Assembly: GCF_006345805.1 (NCBI RefSeq)
Contig: NC_043015.1
Span: 48,236,001-48,300,000 of the forward strand
DNA length: 64,000 bases
DNA from: Octopus sinensis
Lineage: Eukaryota
Direction of reading: 5' to 3'
Positions 59,376-64,000 of this stretch are shown here, one piece after another. Position numbers and translations under genes: made by a program. Below the pieces are notes generated by a model. The model did no database searches and had not been told where the DNA came from. It was given only the letters and a program-made list of their open reading frames with translations. How positions within the stretch are numbered: the first letter of the stretch is position 1; every line of letters begins with the position of its first letter.

Positions 59376-62065
59376 AACTCTGCCAGATCAAGATTGGAGC
59401 CTGGTGCAGCCATCTGGTTCGCCAGTCCTCAGTGAAATCATCCAACCCATGCTAGCATGGAAAGCAGATGTTAAACGATGATACTCTCTCTTTTACTTCT
59501 TTCAGTCATTTGACTGCGGCCATGCTGGAGCACTGCCTTTAATCGAGCAACTCGACTCCAGGACTTATTCTTTTGTAAGCCCAGTACTTATTCTATCGGT
59601 CTCTTTTGCTGAACCGCTAAGTAACGGGGACATAAACACACCAGCATCGGTTGTCAAGCAATGCTAGGGGGACAAACACAGACACACACATGCATATATA
59701 TATATACATATATACGACAAGCTTCTTTCAGTTTCCGTCTACCAAATCCACTCACAAGGTTATAGTAGAAGACACTTGCTCAAGGTGCCACGCAGTGGGA
59801 CTGAACCTGGAACCATGTGGTTGGTAAACAAGCTACTTACCACACAGCCACTCCTGCACCTATATATATATGAGAAACTCTGCCAGATCAAGATTGGAGC
59901 CTGGTGCAGCCATCTGGTTCACCAGTCCTCAGTCAAATCATCCAACCCATGCTAGCATGGAAAGCAGATGTTAAACGATGATGATGATGATATATATCAC
60001 AGCTGAAGTGTTAAGACTGGTCCTTCTGTAGCGGTGCCATGCAAAAGTGCTTGTGTGGTGCCACATAAAAGCACCCAGCACATTCTGTAAAGTGACTGGT
60101 GTTAGAAAGGGCATCCAGCTGTAGAAACCATGCCAAATCAGACTGGAGTCTAATGCAGCCAGCTGGGGAGCTACATTAGACTCCAGTACTTAGTTATTAT
60201 ATTGGCCCCTTTTGCTGAGCTGTTAAGTTACTGTTCATAAACAAACAAGTACCGGTTGTCAAATGTTGGTGGTAGGAGGACAAGCACAGACACATATGTA
60301 TGCACACATATATACATATATAAATCATCATCATCATCATATGTCCGCTTTCCATGCTAGCATGCGTTGGACGGTTCAACTGGGATCTGGGAAGCCAGAA
60401 GGCTGCACCAGGCCCAGTCTGATCTGGCAGTGTTTCTACAGCTGGATGCCCTTCCTAACGCCAACCACTCCGTGAGTGTAGTGGGTGCTTTTTACATGCC
60501 ACCGGCTGGGAAACGGCCACGATCGGATGGTGCTACACACACATAACACAAATAAGTATAGAAAAATATACAACTTACTCAAAAATAGTTTAAAACATCC
60601 AATGTAATTTTTTTATGCTGTCTTATAAGCTTTTATGCTAATTTTTGTGCTATTTTTTCCCAGTATTTTCCTTCAAATTAGTTGACACTGAACAATTAAT
60701 TACCTTAGAAATGAAAAGCTATGATTCAGTACATTATTTACATTCAACAGATATTTGTCCTCATCTTGTTTGTTGTTAACATGTTTCGGCTGATATACCC
60801 TCCAGTAGTGATTAAGAGCACAGGCTACTAACCCCAAGATTCCTAGTTCGATTCCAAGCAGTGACCTGAACAATAATAATAATAATAATATCATCGAAAA
60901 ATACCATAGGAATGAGAACCCAGGTCTGAAATTTCCCCAAGACAAGAAGGCTGGAGTGTATATCAGCCGAAACGTTGTGTTAACATCAAAGATGAGGACA
61001 AATATCTGTCGAATGCAAATGATGTAAATAATGTTCATAATTCCTCATCTCTTAAATAGAGAACTATGATTCAGTATTTCGTTTTTGGATTTGGCTTGCA
61101 AGATTCTTTATATGAGTTCGTGTGTTGAAGCATATTCTGTTGTGTCTGGGGAGTGTCATTCTCTTTTAGAGCCTTATTATTTAACACACTCACCAGTAAA
61201 ATTTCCACTTATTTCTTATTTTTGTTTTCTAAAATTTTCGTTGCGTCTTGCAACCTTGTCAAGACTATTGAAAAGGTTGCAAGACGCAACAAAAATTTTA
61301 GAAAAATAAATAAAGGAGTGGAAACTTTTACTTGTGAGTGTGTTAGATAATAAGGTACTAAAAGAGAATAGTGGAGGTGCAATGGCCCAGTGGTTAGGGC
61401 AGCGGACTCGCGGTCGTAGGATCGCGGTTTCGATTCCCAGACCGGGCGTTGTGAGTGTTTATTGAGCGAAAACACCTAAAGCTCCACGAGGCTCCGGCAG
61501 GGATGGTGGTGATCCCTGCTGTACTCTTTCACCACAACTTTCTCTCACTCTTACTTCCTGTTTCTGTTGTACCTGTATTTCAAAGGGCCGGCCTTGTCAC
61601 TCTCTGTGTCACGCTGAATATCCCCGAGAACTACGTTAAGGGTACACGTGTCTGTGGAGTGCTCAGCCACTTACACGTTAATTTCACGAGCAGGCTGTTC
61701 CGTTGATCGGATCAACCGGAACCCTCATCGTCGTAACCGACGGAGTGAAAAGGAAGGCGCTTCCATCAAAAGAGAATGATTCTTCCCAGACACAACAGAA
61801 TATGATTCAGTACTTATACAATATTTAGTAATTCATATTTCTTTTCTTTGCAGCTTTTAACAAACAGAAATCAGGTTATATCAGGAAAAAATATAAACAA
61901 AAATTAAAGAATTTTGAAGAAAATTGTAATCTGATTGCGTACCTCAGTAGCAACATGAGCGAGTCTTACCAAAAAACTGACCAAAGAGAATTTGGCTTCA
62001 CTGAAAAACTGGAGACTTTTTTTGCTCTAAAAGATTTTAAACAGAATTCAATTTGGATTGCATAA
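1278..62065 (+). CDS. AK9: Adenylate kinase 9-like gene, 5'-partial, 24 coding exons in window (~1310 aa)
   Basis: 24 exons with AG/GT ends join in consistent phase with no stop until TAA 62063-62065. Motifs: [32 protein letters not shown], four YCPV/WCPV YHS-like modules, and the C-terminal [22 protein letters not shown] typical of AK9. Confidence 0.93.
2449..2486 (+). CDS. AK9: AK9 micro-exon (38 nt; alternative in-frame donor gives 8 nt, 2449-2456)
   Basis: Long polypyrimidine tract plus ttcag; two gtaaat donors 30 nt apart; needed to go from phase 2 to phase 1. Confidence 0.65.
2595..2923 (+). mobile_element. tRNA-derived SINE (family D)
   Basis: tggctcagtggttagagc A box, gtcgattcc B box, flanked by actaataaaa. 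Confidence 0.8.
2934..3270 (-). mobile_element. tRNA-derived SINE (family D), inverted relative to its neighbour
   Basis: Reverse-complement similarity to 2595-2923, flanked by actaataaaa. Confidence 0.8.
3686..4195. mobile_element. Dispersed repeat with terminal hairpin (Helentron/DINE-like); second copy at 36252-36620
   Basis: aacaagagcactcagagagc start, (acaa)n, end stem-loop; carries a ~130-bp LINE-like insert at 3776-3905. Confidence 0.55.
4731..5147 (+). CDS. AK9: AK9 Glu-rich exon (417 nt)
   Basis: Pyrimidine tract plus taag acceptor, open E/K-rich frame, gtaaat donor, phase 1/1. Confidence 0.75.
5437..5795. repeat. 21-bp minisatellite, ~17 copies
   Basis: Unit tatttgatgtacttcactcaa. 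Confidence 0.9.
6863..6891 (+). CDS. AK9: AK9 micro-exon (29 nt, [10 protein letters not shown])
   Basis: Poly-T plus ctacag acceptor, gtaaga donor; converts phase 1 to phase 0 as the next exon requires. Confidence 0.75.
7122..7530. repeat. Compound (CAT/CAC)n microsatellite
   Basis: Direct reading. Confidence 0.95.
7768..8198. repeat. (CA)n array regularly interrupted by tttacatatgt
   Basis: About ten constant interruptions between variable CA tracts. Confidence 0.9.
8217..8955 (-). mobile_element. Two tandem copies of the abundant tRNA-derived SINE family A (internal TA/CA microsatellite)
   Basis: Head tggctgtgtggtaag..gggttcagtccc, CORE-like cttgggcaagt, tail (gtaaaaga)n; further copies at ~1616-1912, 6578-6744, 11499-11902, 33843-34215, 44228-44925, 51740-52205, 59482-59860 and 62635-63105. 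Confidence 0.85.
9155..9362 (+). CDS. AK9: AK9 exon (TDGETEITL...KVVEEIE)
   Basis: tttag acceptor, gtaagt donor, open frame, phase 0/1. Confidence 0.85.
9417..9801 (+). mobile_element. Full-length tRNA-derived SINE (family C; possibly octopus OR-type)
   Basis: A box tggcccagtgg, B box gtttcgattcc, 13-bp TSD tagtgttcaaatt at 9404-9416 and 9802-9814; other copies at 61370-61767 and 15799-16028 (-). Confidence 0.85.
10672..10793 (+). CDS. AK9: AK9 acidic exon (LFKHEAIEY...DNYDEE)
   Basis: aacag acceptor, gtattg donor, phase 1/0. Confidence 0.85.
12268..12480 (+). CDS. AK9: AK9 exon, YHS-like module ([15 protein letters not shown]...PEDYTP)
   Basis: ttgtag acceptor, gtttgt donor, YCPV...YYL...F..QPEDY pattern, phase 0/0. 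Confidence 0.92.
12780..14177. repeat. 66-bp minisatellite, ~21 copies, derived from the RTE 3' UTR subrepeat
   Basis: Period 66 (gtaaaaagca at 12961, 13027 and so on); the unit matches 28010-28220. Confidence 0.9.
14298..14491 (+). CDS. AK9: AK9 exon with P-loop ([17 protein letters not shown])
   Basis: ttccag acceptor, gtaagt donor, Walker A motif, phase 0/2. Confidence 0.93.
16178..16229 (+). CDS. AK9: AK9 small exon ([17 protein letters not shown])
   Basis: tttcag acceptor, gtaagt donor, phase 2/0 fits both neighbours. Confidence 0.8.
18424..18675. repeat. 13-bp minisatellite (tat(g/a)agacaata..)
   Basis: Direct reading; ends ~30 nt before an exon acceptor. Confidence 0.85.
18708..18841 (+). 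CDS. AK9: AK9 exon ([16 protein letters not shown]...PWWFEEPY)
   Basis: ttatag acceptor, gtttgt donor, WWxEEP motif, phase 0/2. Confidence 0.9.
19531..20050. mobile_element. pogo/Tigger-like MITE inserted in a SINE
   Basis: ~25-bp TIRs ccataaatcctcgagtataatccgc / gcggactatacttgaggatttacag, TA flanks. Confidence 0.75.
20790..20981 (+). mobile_element. Short 3' fragment of a second RTE-like LINE
   Basis: [19 protein letters not shown] followed by (GAT)n; TSD tgagagaggct at 20779-20789 and 20982-20992. Confidence 0.75.
21151..21370 (+). CDS. AK9: AK9 exon ([10 protein letters not shown]...IMQER)
   Basis: ttttag acceptor, gtgagt donor, AK G-F-x-L-(D/E)-G-(F/Y)-P motif, phase 2/0. Confidence 0.92.
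23096..23167 (+). CDS. AK9: AK9 exon ([12 protein letters not shown]...AAEE)
   Basis: ttcaag acceptor, gtattt donor, 72 nt phase 0/0, coiled-coil-like. Confidence 0.8.
23454..24207 (+). mobile_element. Mariner transposon, 5' half, degenerate transposase
   Basis: TA plus TIR ttgggttgtcc..; ATG at 23636; RSGRP, WVPHEL and IVTGDEKW motifs with stop codons. Confidence 0.9.
24419..24484 (+). CDS. AK9: AK9 exon ([22 protein letters not shown])
   Basis: ttaaag acceptor, gtaatt donor, 66 nt phase 0/0. Confidence 0.78.
24641..24834. repeat. 30-bp minisatellite, ~6 copies
   Basis: Unit tatagaactgggataatcctcagttcattt. Confidence 0.85.
24967..25083 (+). CDS. AK9: AK9 exon ([19 protein letters not shown]...EKVR)
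   Basis: ttgcag acceptor, gttagt donor, 117 nt phase 0/0. Confidence 0.85.
25287..26301 (-). mobile_element. Non-autonomous Helitron-like element with a different interior
   Basis: Same terminal hairpin and tctctctatatataa 5' end as 55426-55793, (GTCT)n near the 5' end, AT target. Confidence 0.7.
26372..26923 (+). mobile_element. ~550-bp non-coding module flanked by (TAA)n; second copy at 52414-52970 (-)
   Basis: Two highly similar copies with matching ends, both between TAA tracts. Confidence 0.75.
27247..28363 (+). mobile_element. 5'-truncated RTE-clade LINE (ORF C-terminus plus 3' UTR, (GAT)n tail)
   Basis: [35 protein letters not shown] with internal stops. The 3' UTR end (ggaagggcatccagctgtagaa..catgctagcatgg..) recurs as short truncated copies throughout the window. 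Confidence 0.88.
28983..29201 (+). CDS. AK9: AK9 exon (IGLEDQLIP...LGYWCPVM)
   Basis: ttgcag acceptor, gtaatt donor, R.SLFERVYP and G.WCPV motifs, phase 0/0. Confidence 0.92.
29403..29711 (+). mobile_element. tRNA-derived SINE with family-C-like head and a different 3' tail
   Basis: A/B boxes, (CAA)n end, 15-bp TSD aatttgttcaagtag at 29388-29402 and 29712-29726; the same tail occurs at ~6135-6245 (-). Confidence 0.85.
31369..31798 (+). mobile_element. Full-length SINE family A
   Basis: ggcgcaggagtggctgtg head through the gtaaaagag tail. Confidence 0.85.
32495..33775. mobile_element. Cluster of nested SINE family B copies in both orientations
   Basis: At least five partial or full copies inserted into one another. 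Confidence 0.8.
34278..34491 (+). CDS. AK9: AK9 exon (LKEGNP...YIYFLSS...[10 protein letters not shown])
   Basis: ttcaag acceptor, gtaagt donor, YHS-like tail plus Walker A GPPKSGKT, phase 0/1. Confidence 0.93.
34775..35142. repeat. Degenerate CA-rich repeat with internal duplication
   Basis: Direct reading. Confidence 0.85.
35570..36135 (+). mobile_element. Mariner internal-deletion derivative (MITE) with both TIRs
   Basis: TA TSD, ~28-bp TIRs, transposase N-terminus fused to the C-terminal HPPYSPD region. Confidence 0.9.
36658..36887 (+). mobile_element. 3' fragment of a third RTE-like LINE
   Basis: [26 protein letters not shown] then a (caagt)n tail. Confidence 0.65.
37485..38130. mobile_element. 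Old fold-back element with degenerate HHR, right arm interrupted by a piggyBac-like MITE
   Basis: Inverted arms 37564-37680 and 37713-37823, resuming after 38046; CTGAAGA/CTGAGGA-GGTCAC..GAAAGATTTC in the arms. Confidence 0.5.
37826..38046. mobile_element. piggyBac-like MITE (TTAA, ccctttag..ctaaaggg)
   Basis: TTAA flanks and short TIRs; interrupted copies at 9399-10017, 20636-21068 and from 35529. Confidence 0.75.
38166..38367 (+). CDS. AK9: AK9 exon ([17 protein letters not shown]...GLTVPDEL...TRG)
   Basis: tttcag acceptor, gtatat donor, AK NMP-binding LSxGD and GxxVPD motifs, phase 1/2. Confidence 0.93.
39208..39435. repeat. AT-rich palindromic (fold-back) element
   Basis: ~105-bp diverged inverted arms with a short loop. 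Confidence 0.6.
39501..39998. mobile_element. Fold-back element with HHR-like motif, in (TA)n
   Basis: ~185-bp inverted arms 39595-39778 and 39810-39998, TGATGA-A-GAC..GTC-A-GAAAC-CATG-GTC at 39780-39842. Confidence 0.55.
41039..41562 (+). mobile_element. Mariner deletion derivative, 5'-truncated copy
   Basis: Same deletion junction as 35570-36135; [18 protein letters not shown]; right TIR plus TA. Confidence 0.88.
41922..42068 (+). CDS. AK9: AK9 exon (YVFDGIPAT...ERVEKE)
   Basis: tttcag acceptor, gtgagt donor, GYVxDG motif, phase 2/2. Confidence 0.9.
42243..42689. repeat. 51-bp minisatellite, ~9 copies, derived from RTE ORF end
   Basis: Unit encodes [17 protein letters not shown], matching [15 protein letters not shown] at ~27691-27735. 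Confidence 0.88.
43259..43476 (+). CDS. AK9: AK9 exon ([11 protein letters not shown]...SKWALW...YLENVKK)
   Basis: cttcag acceptor, gtaaag donor, HNSAQI and SKW motifs, phase 2/1. Confidence 0.92.
43866..44097 (-). mobile_element. Full-length SINE family B
   Basis: Head ggcggcgagctggcagaa, B box gagttcaaattcc, body gcctttcatcctttcggggtcgataaattaagtacc (Meta/Sauria-like from recall), TSD ataccaatacc at 43855-43865 and 44098-44108; copies at ~5222, 5810, 20388, 22507, 23209 and 48577. Confidence 0.85.
44447..44667. mobile_element. Short fold-back element with HHR-like core, inserted in the (TA)n of a SINE
   Basis: Near-perfect ~75-bp arms 44517-44667, CTGATGA..GAAAC in each arm, left tail. 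Confidence 0.55.
45051..47147 (-). mobile_element. 2.1-kb Penelope-like non-autonomous element with inverted pLTR-like ends, in (TA)n
   Basis: ~125-bp inverted repeats at 45131-45255 and 47019-47147, ~80-nt one-sided extension, HHR motif at 45226-45267 on the minus strand, internal direct duplications, no ORF. Confidence 0.6.
48326..48484 (+). CDS. AK9: AK9 exon, YHS-like ([11 protein letters not shown]...[13 protein letters not shown]...AEYQ)
   Basis: tgccag acceptor, gtaatc donor, phase 1/1. Confidence 0.93.
48999..49662. mobile_element. Element with ~110-bp inverted termini enclosing the CR1 fragment
   Basis: 49001-49113 is the diverged reverse complement of 49551-49662. Confidence 0.6.
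49190..49550 (-). mobile_element. CR1-clade LINE 3' fragment
   Basis: Minus-strand [36 protein letters not shown], the typical CR1 ORF2 end. Confidence 0.8.
49679..50190 (+). mobile_element. Retrozyme-like insertion: 353-bp monomer, ~1.4 tandem copies
   Basis: 153-bp direct repeats at 49685-49837 and 50038-50190 (one mismatch seen), HHR in between, 15-bp flanking duplication tcacattgtgtgatt at 49664-49678 and 50182-50196. Confidence 0.75.
49968..50026 (+). ncRNA. Type I hammerhead ribozyme
   Basis: GTGAT-TGC-CGTACG CTGAGGA C-AGG-TCAATA-CCT-A GAAAC TGCA GTC CGTGCG-T-ATCAC. Full core, stem I with internal loop, stem II, short stem III with palindromic loop, GUC cleavage triplet at 50012-50014. 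Confidence 0.85.
53061..54192 (-). mobile_element. R4/Dong-like non-LTR retrotransposon fragment (CCHC knuckle plus restriction-like endonuclease), frameshifted
   Basis: [31 protein letters not shown] motifs; bounded by (TAA)n on both sides. Confidence 0.85.
54306..54501 (+). CDS. AK9: AK9 exon (KYYKM...[11 protein letters not shown]...[10 protein letters not shown])
   Basis: attcag acceptor, gtatga donor, phase 1/2. Confidence 0.93.
55426..55793 (+). mobile_element. Non-autonomous Helitron-like element
   Basis: A|TC start, 3' hairpin ctagcactatgacc..ggtcatagtgctag, CTAG|T end, no TSD. Confidence 0.75.
55878..55976 (+). CDS. AK9: AK9 exon (YEAITLG...[20 protein letters not shown])
   Basis: ttctag acceptor, gtaatt donor, YHS Y.F.S....F pattern, phase 2/2. 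Confidence 0.93.
57780..58425 (-). mobile_element. Cluster of three tandem/nested SINE family B copies
   Basis: Repeated ggatgaaaggcaaagtcgacctcggcggaatttgaactcagaa blocks. Confidence 0.8.
58697..58914 (+). CDS. AK9: AK9 exon (LPQVY...KLPP...GFMEQ...KPKFPFLS...HLK)
   Basis: tttcag acceptor, gtaaat donor, conserved AK9 C-terminal block, phase 2/1. Confidence 0.94.
60732..61064. mobile_element. Fold-back Penelope-like element (copy 2 of the 700-1166 family) with tRNA-like segment
   Basis: Same arms and the same tail cataattcctcatctcttaaata..gaact; TSD tatgattcagta at 60720-60731 and 61065-61076. Confidence 0.65.
61077..61800. mobile_element. Fold-back element interrupted by a SINE
   Basis: Arms start catattctgttgtgtctggg (61131) and end cccagacacaacagaatatg (61804); flanked by tatgattcagta. 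Confidence 0.6.
61370..61767 (+). mobile_element. Full-length tRNA-derived SINE (family C)
   Basis: Near-identical to 9417-9801; TSD aaaagagaat at 61360-61369 and 61768-61777. Confidence 0.85.
61854..62065 (+). CDS. AK9: AK9 terminal coding exon ([18 protein letters not shown]...IWIA*)
   Basis: ttgcag acceptor, phase 1, in-frame TAA at 62063-62065. Confidence 0.92.
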
Positions 62066-62271
62066 ATATTGTTAGAAAATTTTTTTTTATATTTTGAACA
62101 AAAGGAGGTTTTGACCACAAAATAACAAATATGTTATAATTGACAAATAATTAAATATTTATTAGGGAAAAATACATAATATTAATAACATTTACATCTG
62201 TTAAATTGTTATATTTCCAAACATGAATATCTTTTTTTTATTTTTTTATAATTTGAAGAGTTTTTAACTCA

Positions 62272-62277
62272 AATAAA
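62272..62277 (+). promoter_or_regulatory. Candidate polyadenylation signal of AK9
   Basis: AATAAA about 205 nt after the stop, followed by T-rich sequence; the region is AT-rich so a chance match is possible. Confidence 0.5.
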
Positions 62278-62429
62278 AGATTAAAAAAAAAATTGAGTCT
62301 GTCATTTATTTTTGCTTCATAAGTGATTTTATTTATTTATTTTTTTTTTTCACAAAGAAATTTTTTTTTTCTATCATATTGCTCTTGAACAAAAACATTC
62401 ACATCATTGGTTTTGTCTTATATATATAT

Positions 62430-62462
<33 letters not shown>

Positions 62463-62894
62463 GAAATATAGAACTGCAGATGATGATGATAACAAAATGA
62501 ATAATTTGATGAATTAAAATATTTTTGCCTTGTTTTAATGAGATTTTTAATAGAAAATATTTTAGGAATGTTATATTAGTGAAAAAGTATTAAAAAAAAA
62601 TTGTTTGTTATATATTTATATATCTTTTATTAGTACAGCCATGATGGGGCACTGCTTTGAAGGGTTTTAATCAAATAAGTCAACCCCAGTACTTTTTTTT
62701 AAAGTCTGGTACTTAGTTATTATATTGGTCCCTTTTGCTGAACTGTTAAGTTACAGTTCATAAACAAACAAGTACCAGTTGTCAAATGCTGGTGTTGGGG
62801 GGACCAAAAAGACACACATATATGTACACATATATACATATATAAATATGTATACATACATACACACAAACACACATATATATATATATATATA

Positions 62895-62925
<31 letters not shown>

Positions 62926-63269
62926 TATATATGTATATATAAACAATGAGCTTCCACACAGTTTCCATCAACCAAATTCACACACAAGGAACTGGTCAGA
63001 CTGGGACTATTGTAGAAAACACTTGCCCAAGGTGCCATGCAGTGGGACTGAACCCAAAACTATGTGGTTGCAAAAGAAGCTTCTTAACCACACAGCCAAG
63101 CCTCCTTTTTTCACAACCATTCTTTTCTTTTTTTTTTTTTACACTATTTATTATATTCATTAAACATTTAAGCGAACTGTGCTATTAAAAAGCTTTGTAA
63201 AACAAGGCAGAAACAATTACAACTTGATGAGGTTCTGTTAAACACAGCAAACAAATAATAACAGAGTGG

Positions 63270-63775
63270 ATTATATACCTTTAATGATATAAATTATACG
63301 TCTTTAATGGTATAATTTATATAACTTAAATGATATAAACTATATAACTTTAATGATATAAAATTATATACCTTTGATGATATGAATTATATATCTTTAA
63401 CAATATAAATTATATACCTTTAAAGATTTGATTTTATATATTGTCAATGATATAAATTATATACCTTTAACAATATAAATTATATACTTTTAAAGATTTA
63501 TTTTATATATTGTCAATGATATGAATTATATACCTTTAACAATATAAATTATATACTTTTAAAGGTTTATTTTATATATTGTCAATGATATAAATTATAT
63601 ACCTTTAACAATATAAATTATATACTTTTAAAGATTTATTTTATATATTGTCAATGATATAAATTATATACCTTTAACAATATAAATTATATACCTTTAA
63701 AGATTTATTTTATATATTGTCAATGATATAAATTATATACCTTTAACAATATAAATTATATACCTTTAATGATTT
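63270..63775. repeat. AT-rich minisatellite (~23-bp subunits in ~61-bp higher-order units)
   Basis: tttaacaatataaattatatacc repeated. Confidence 0.85.
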
Positions 63776-63776
63776 A

Positions 63777-64000
63777 TCTCTCTCTATATAAACGGCAGTT
63801 TGTCTGTGCGTGTTTCTGTGTGTCTGTTTTCTCGTACCCTATCATGACCACGGCTTTCACCGATTCTGATGAACTTGACACCACATAGCCCAAATGTCAT
63901 AATTCAAAACTAACGCAGCGAAAATTTTAAAAGTTCCCCCAGTTCTGAAAAAAATCGATAAATTCGACTGGGGTCGAGAATAAAAAAAAACAAACCACAG
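63777..64000 (+). mobile_element. 5' end of a Helitron-like element running off the window
   Basis: a|tctctctctatatataaacggca start shared with 55426. Confidence 0.55.

Noticed and set aside
61370-61450. Possible tRNA gene (also 9417, 29403, 2595)
   Set aside because: These are SINE heads continuing into repeat bodies with TSDs, without a complete acceptor stem.

Overview
AT-rich, repeat-dense animal genomic DNA. The repeat landscape suggests an octopus or other cephalopod (inference). The window holds the 3' part of one + strand gene, an adenylate kinase 9 (AK9) orthologue. I could chain 24 GT-AG exons by hand with consistent splice phases from 1278 to a TAA stop at 62063-62065, giving about 1310 codons with two P-loops, four YHS-like CPV modules and the conserved AK9 C-terminus. 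The 5' exons lie upstream of the window. The introns are filled with tRNA-derived SINEs, RTE, CR1 and R4/Dong LINE fragments, mariner, pogo-like and piggyBac-like MITEs, Helitron-like elements, and mini- and microsatellites. Most ORFs in the supplied track are spurious repeat translations. The most notable signal is a set of hammerhead ribozyme (HHR) motifs in the introns. One is an apparently intact type I HHR inside a 353-bp partially tandem, retrozyme-like insertion (49664-50196). Several unrelated asymmetric fold-back elements resembling non-autonomous Penelope-like elements carry minimal or degenerate HHR cores, and one of them has a tRNA-like head. All coordinates and folds were read by eye.
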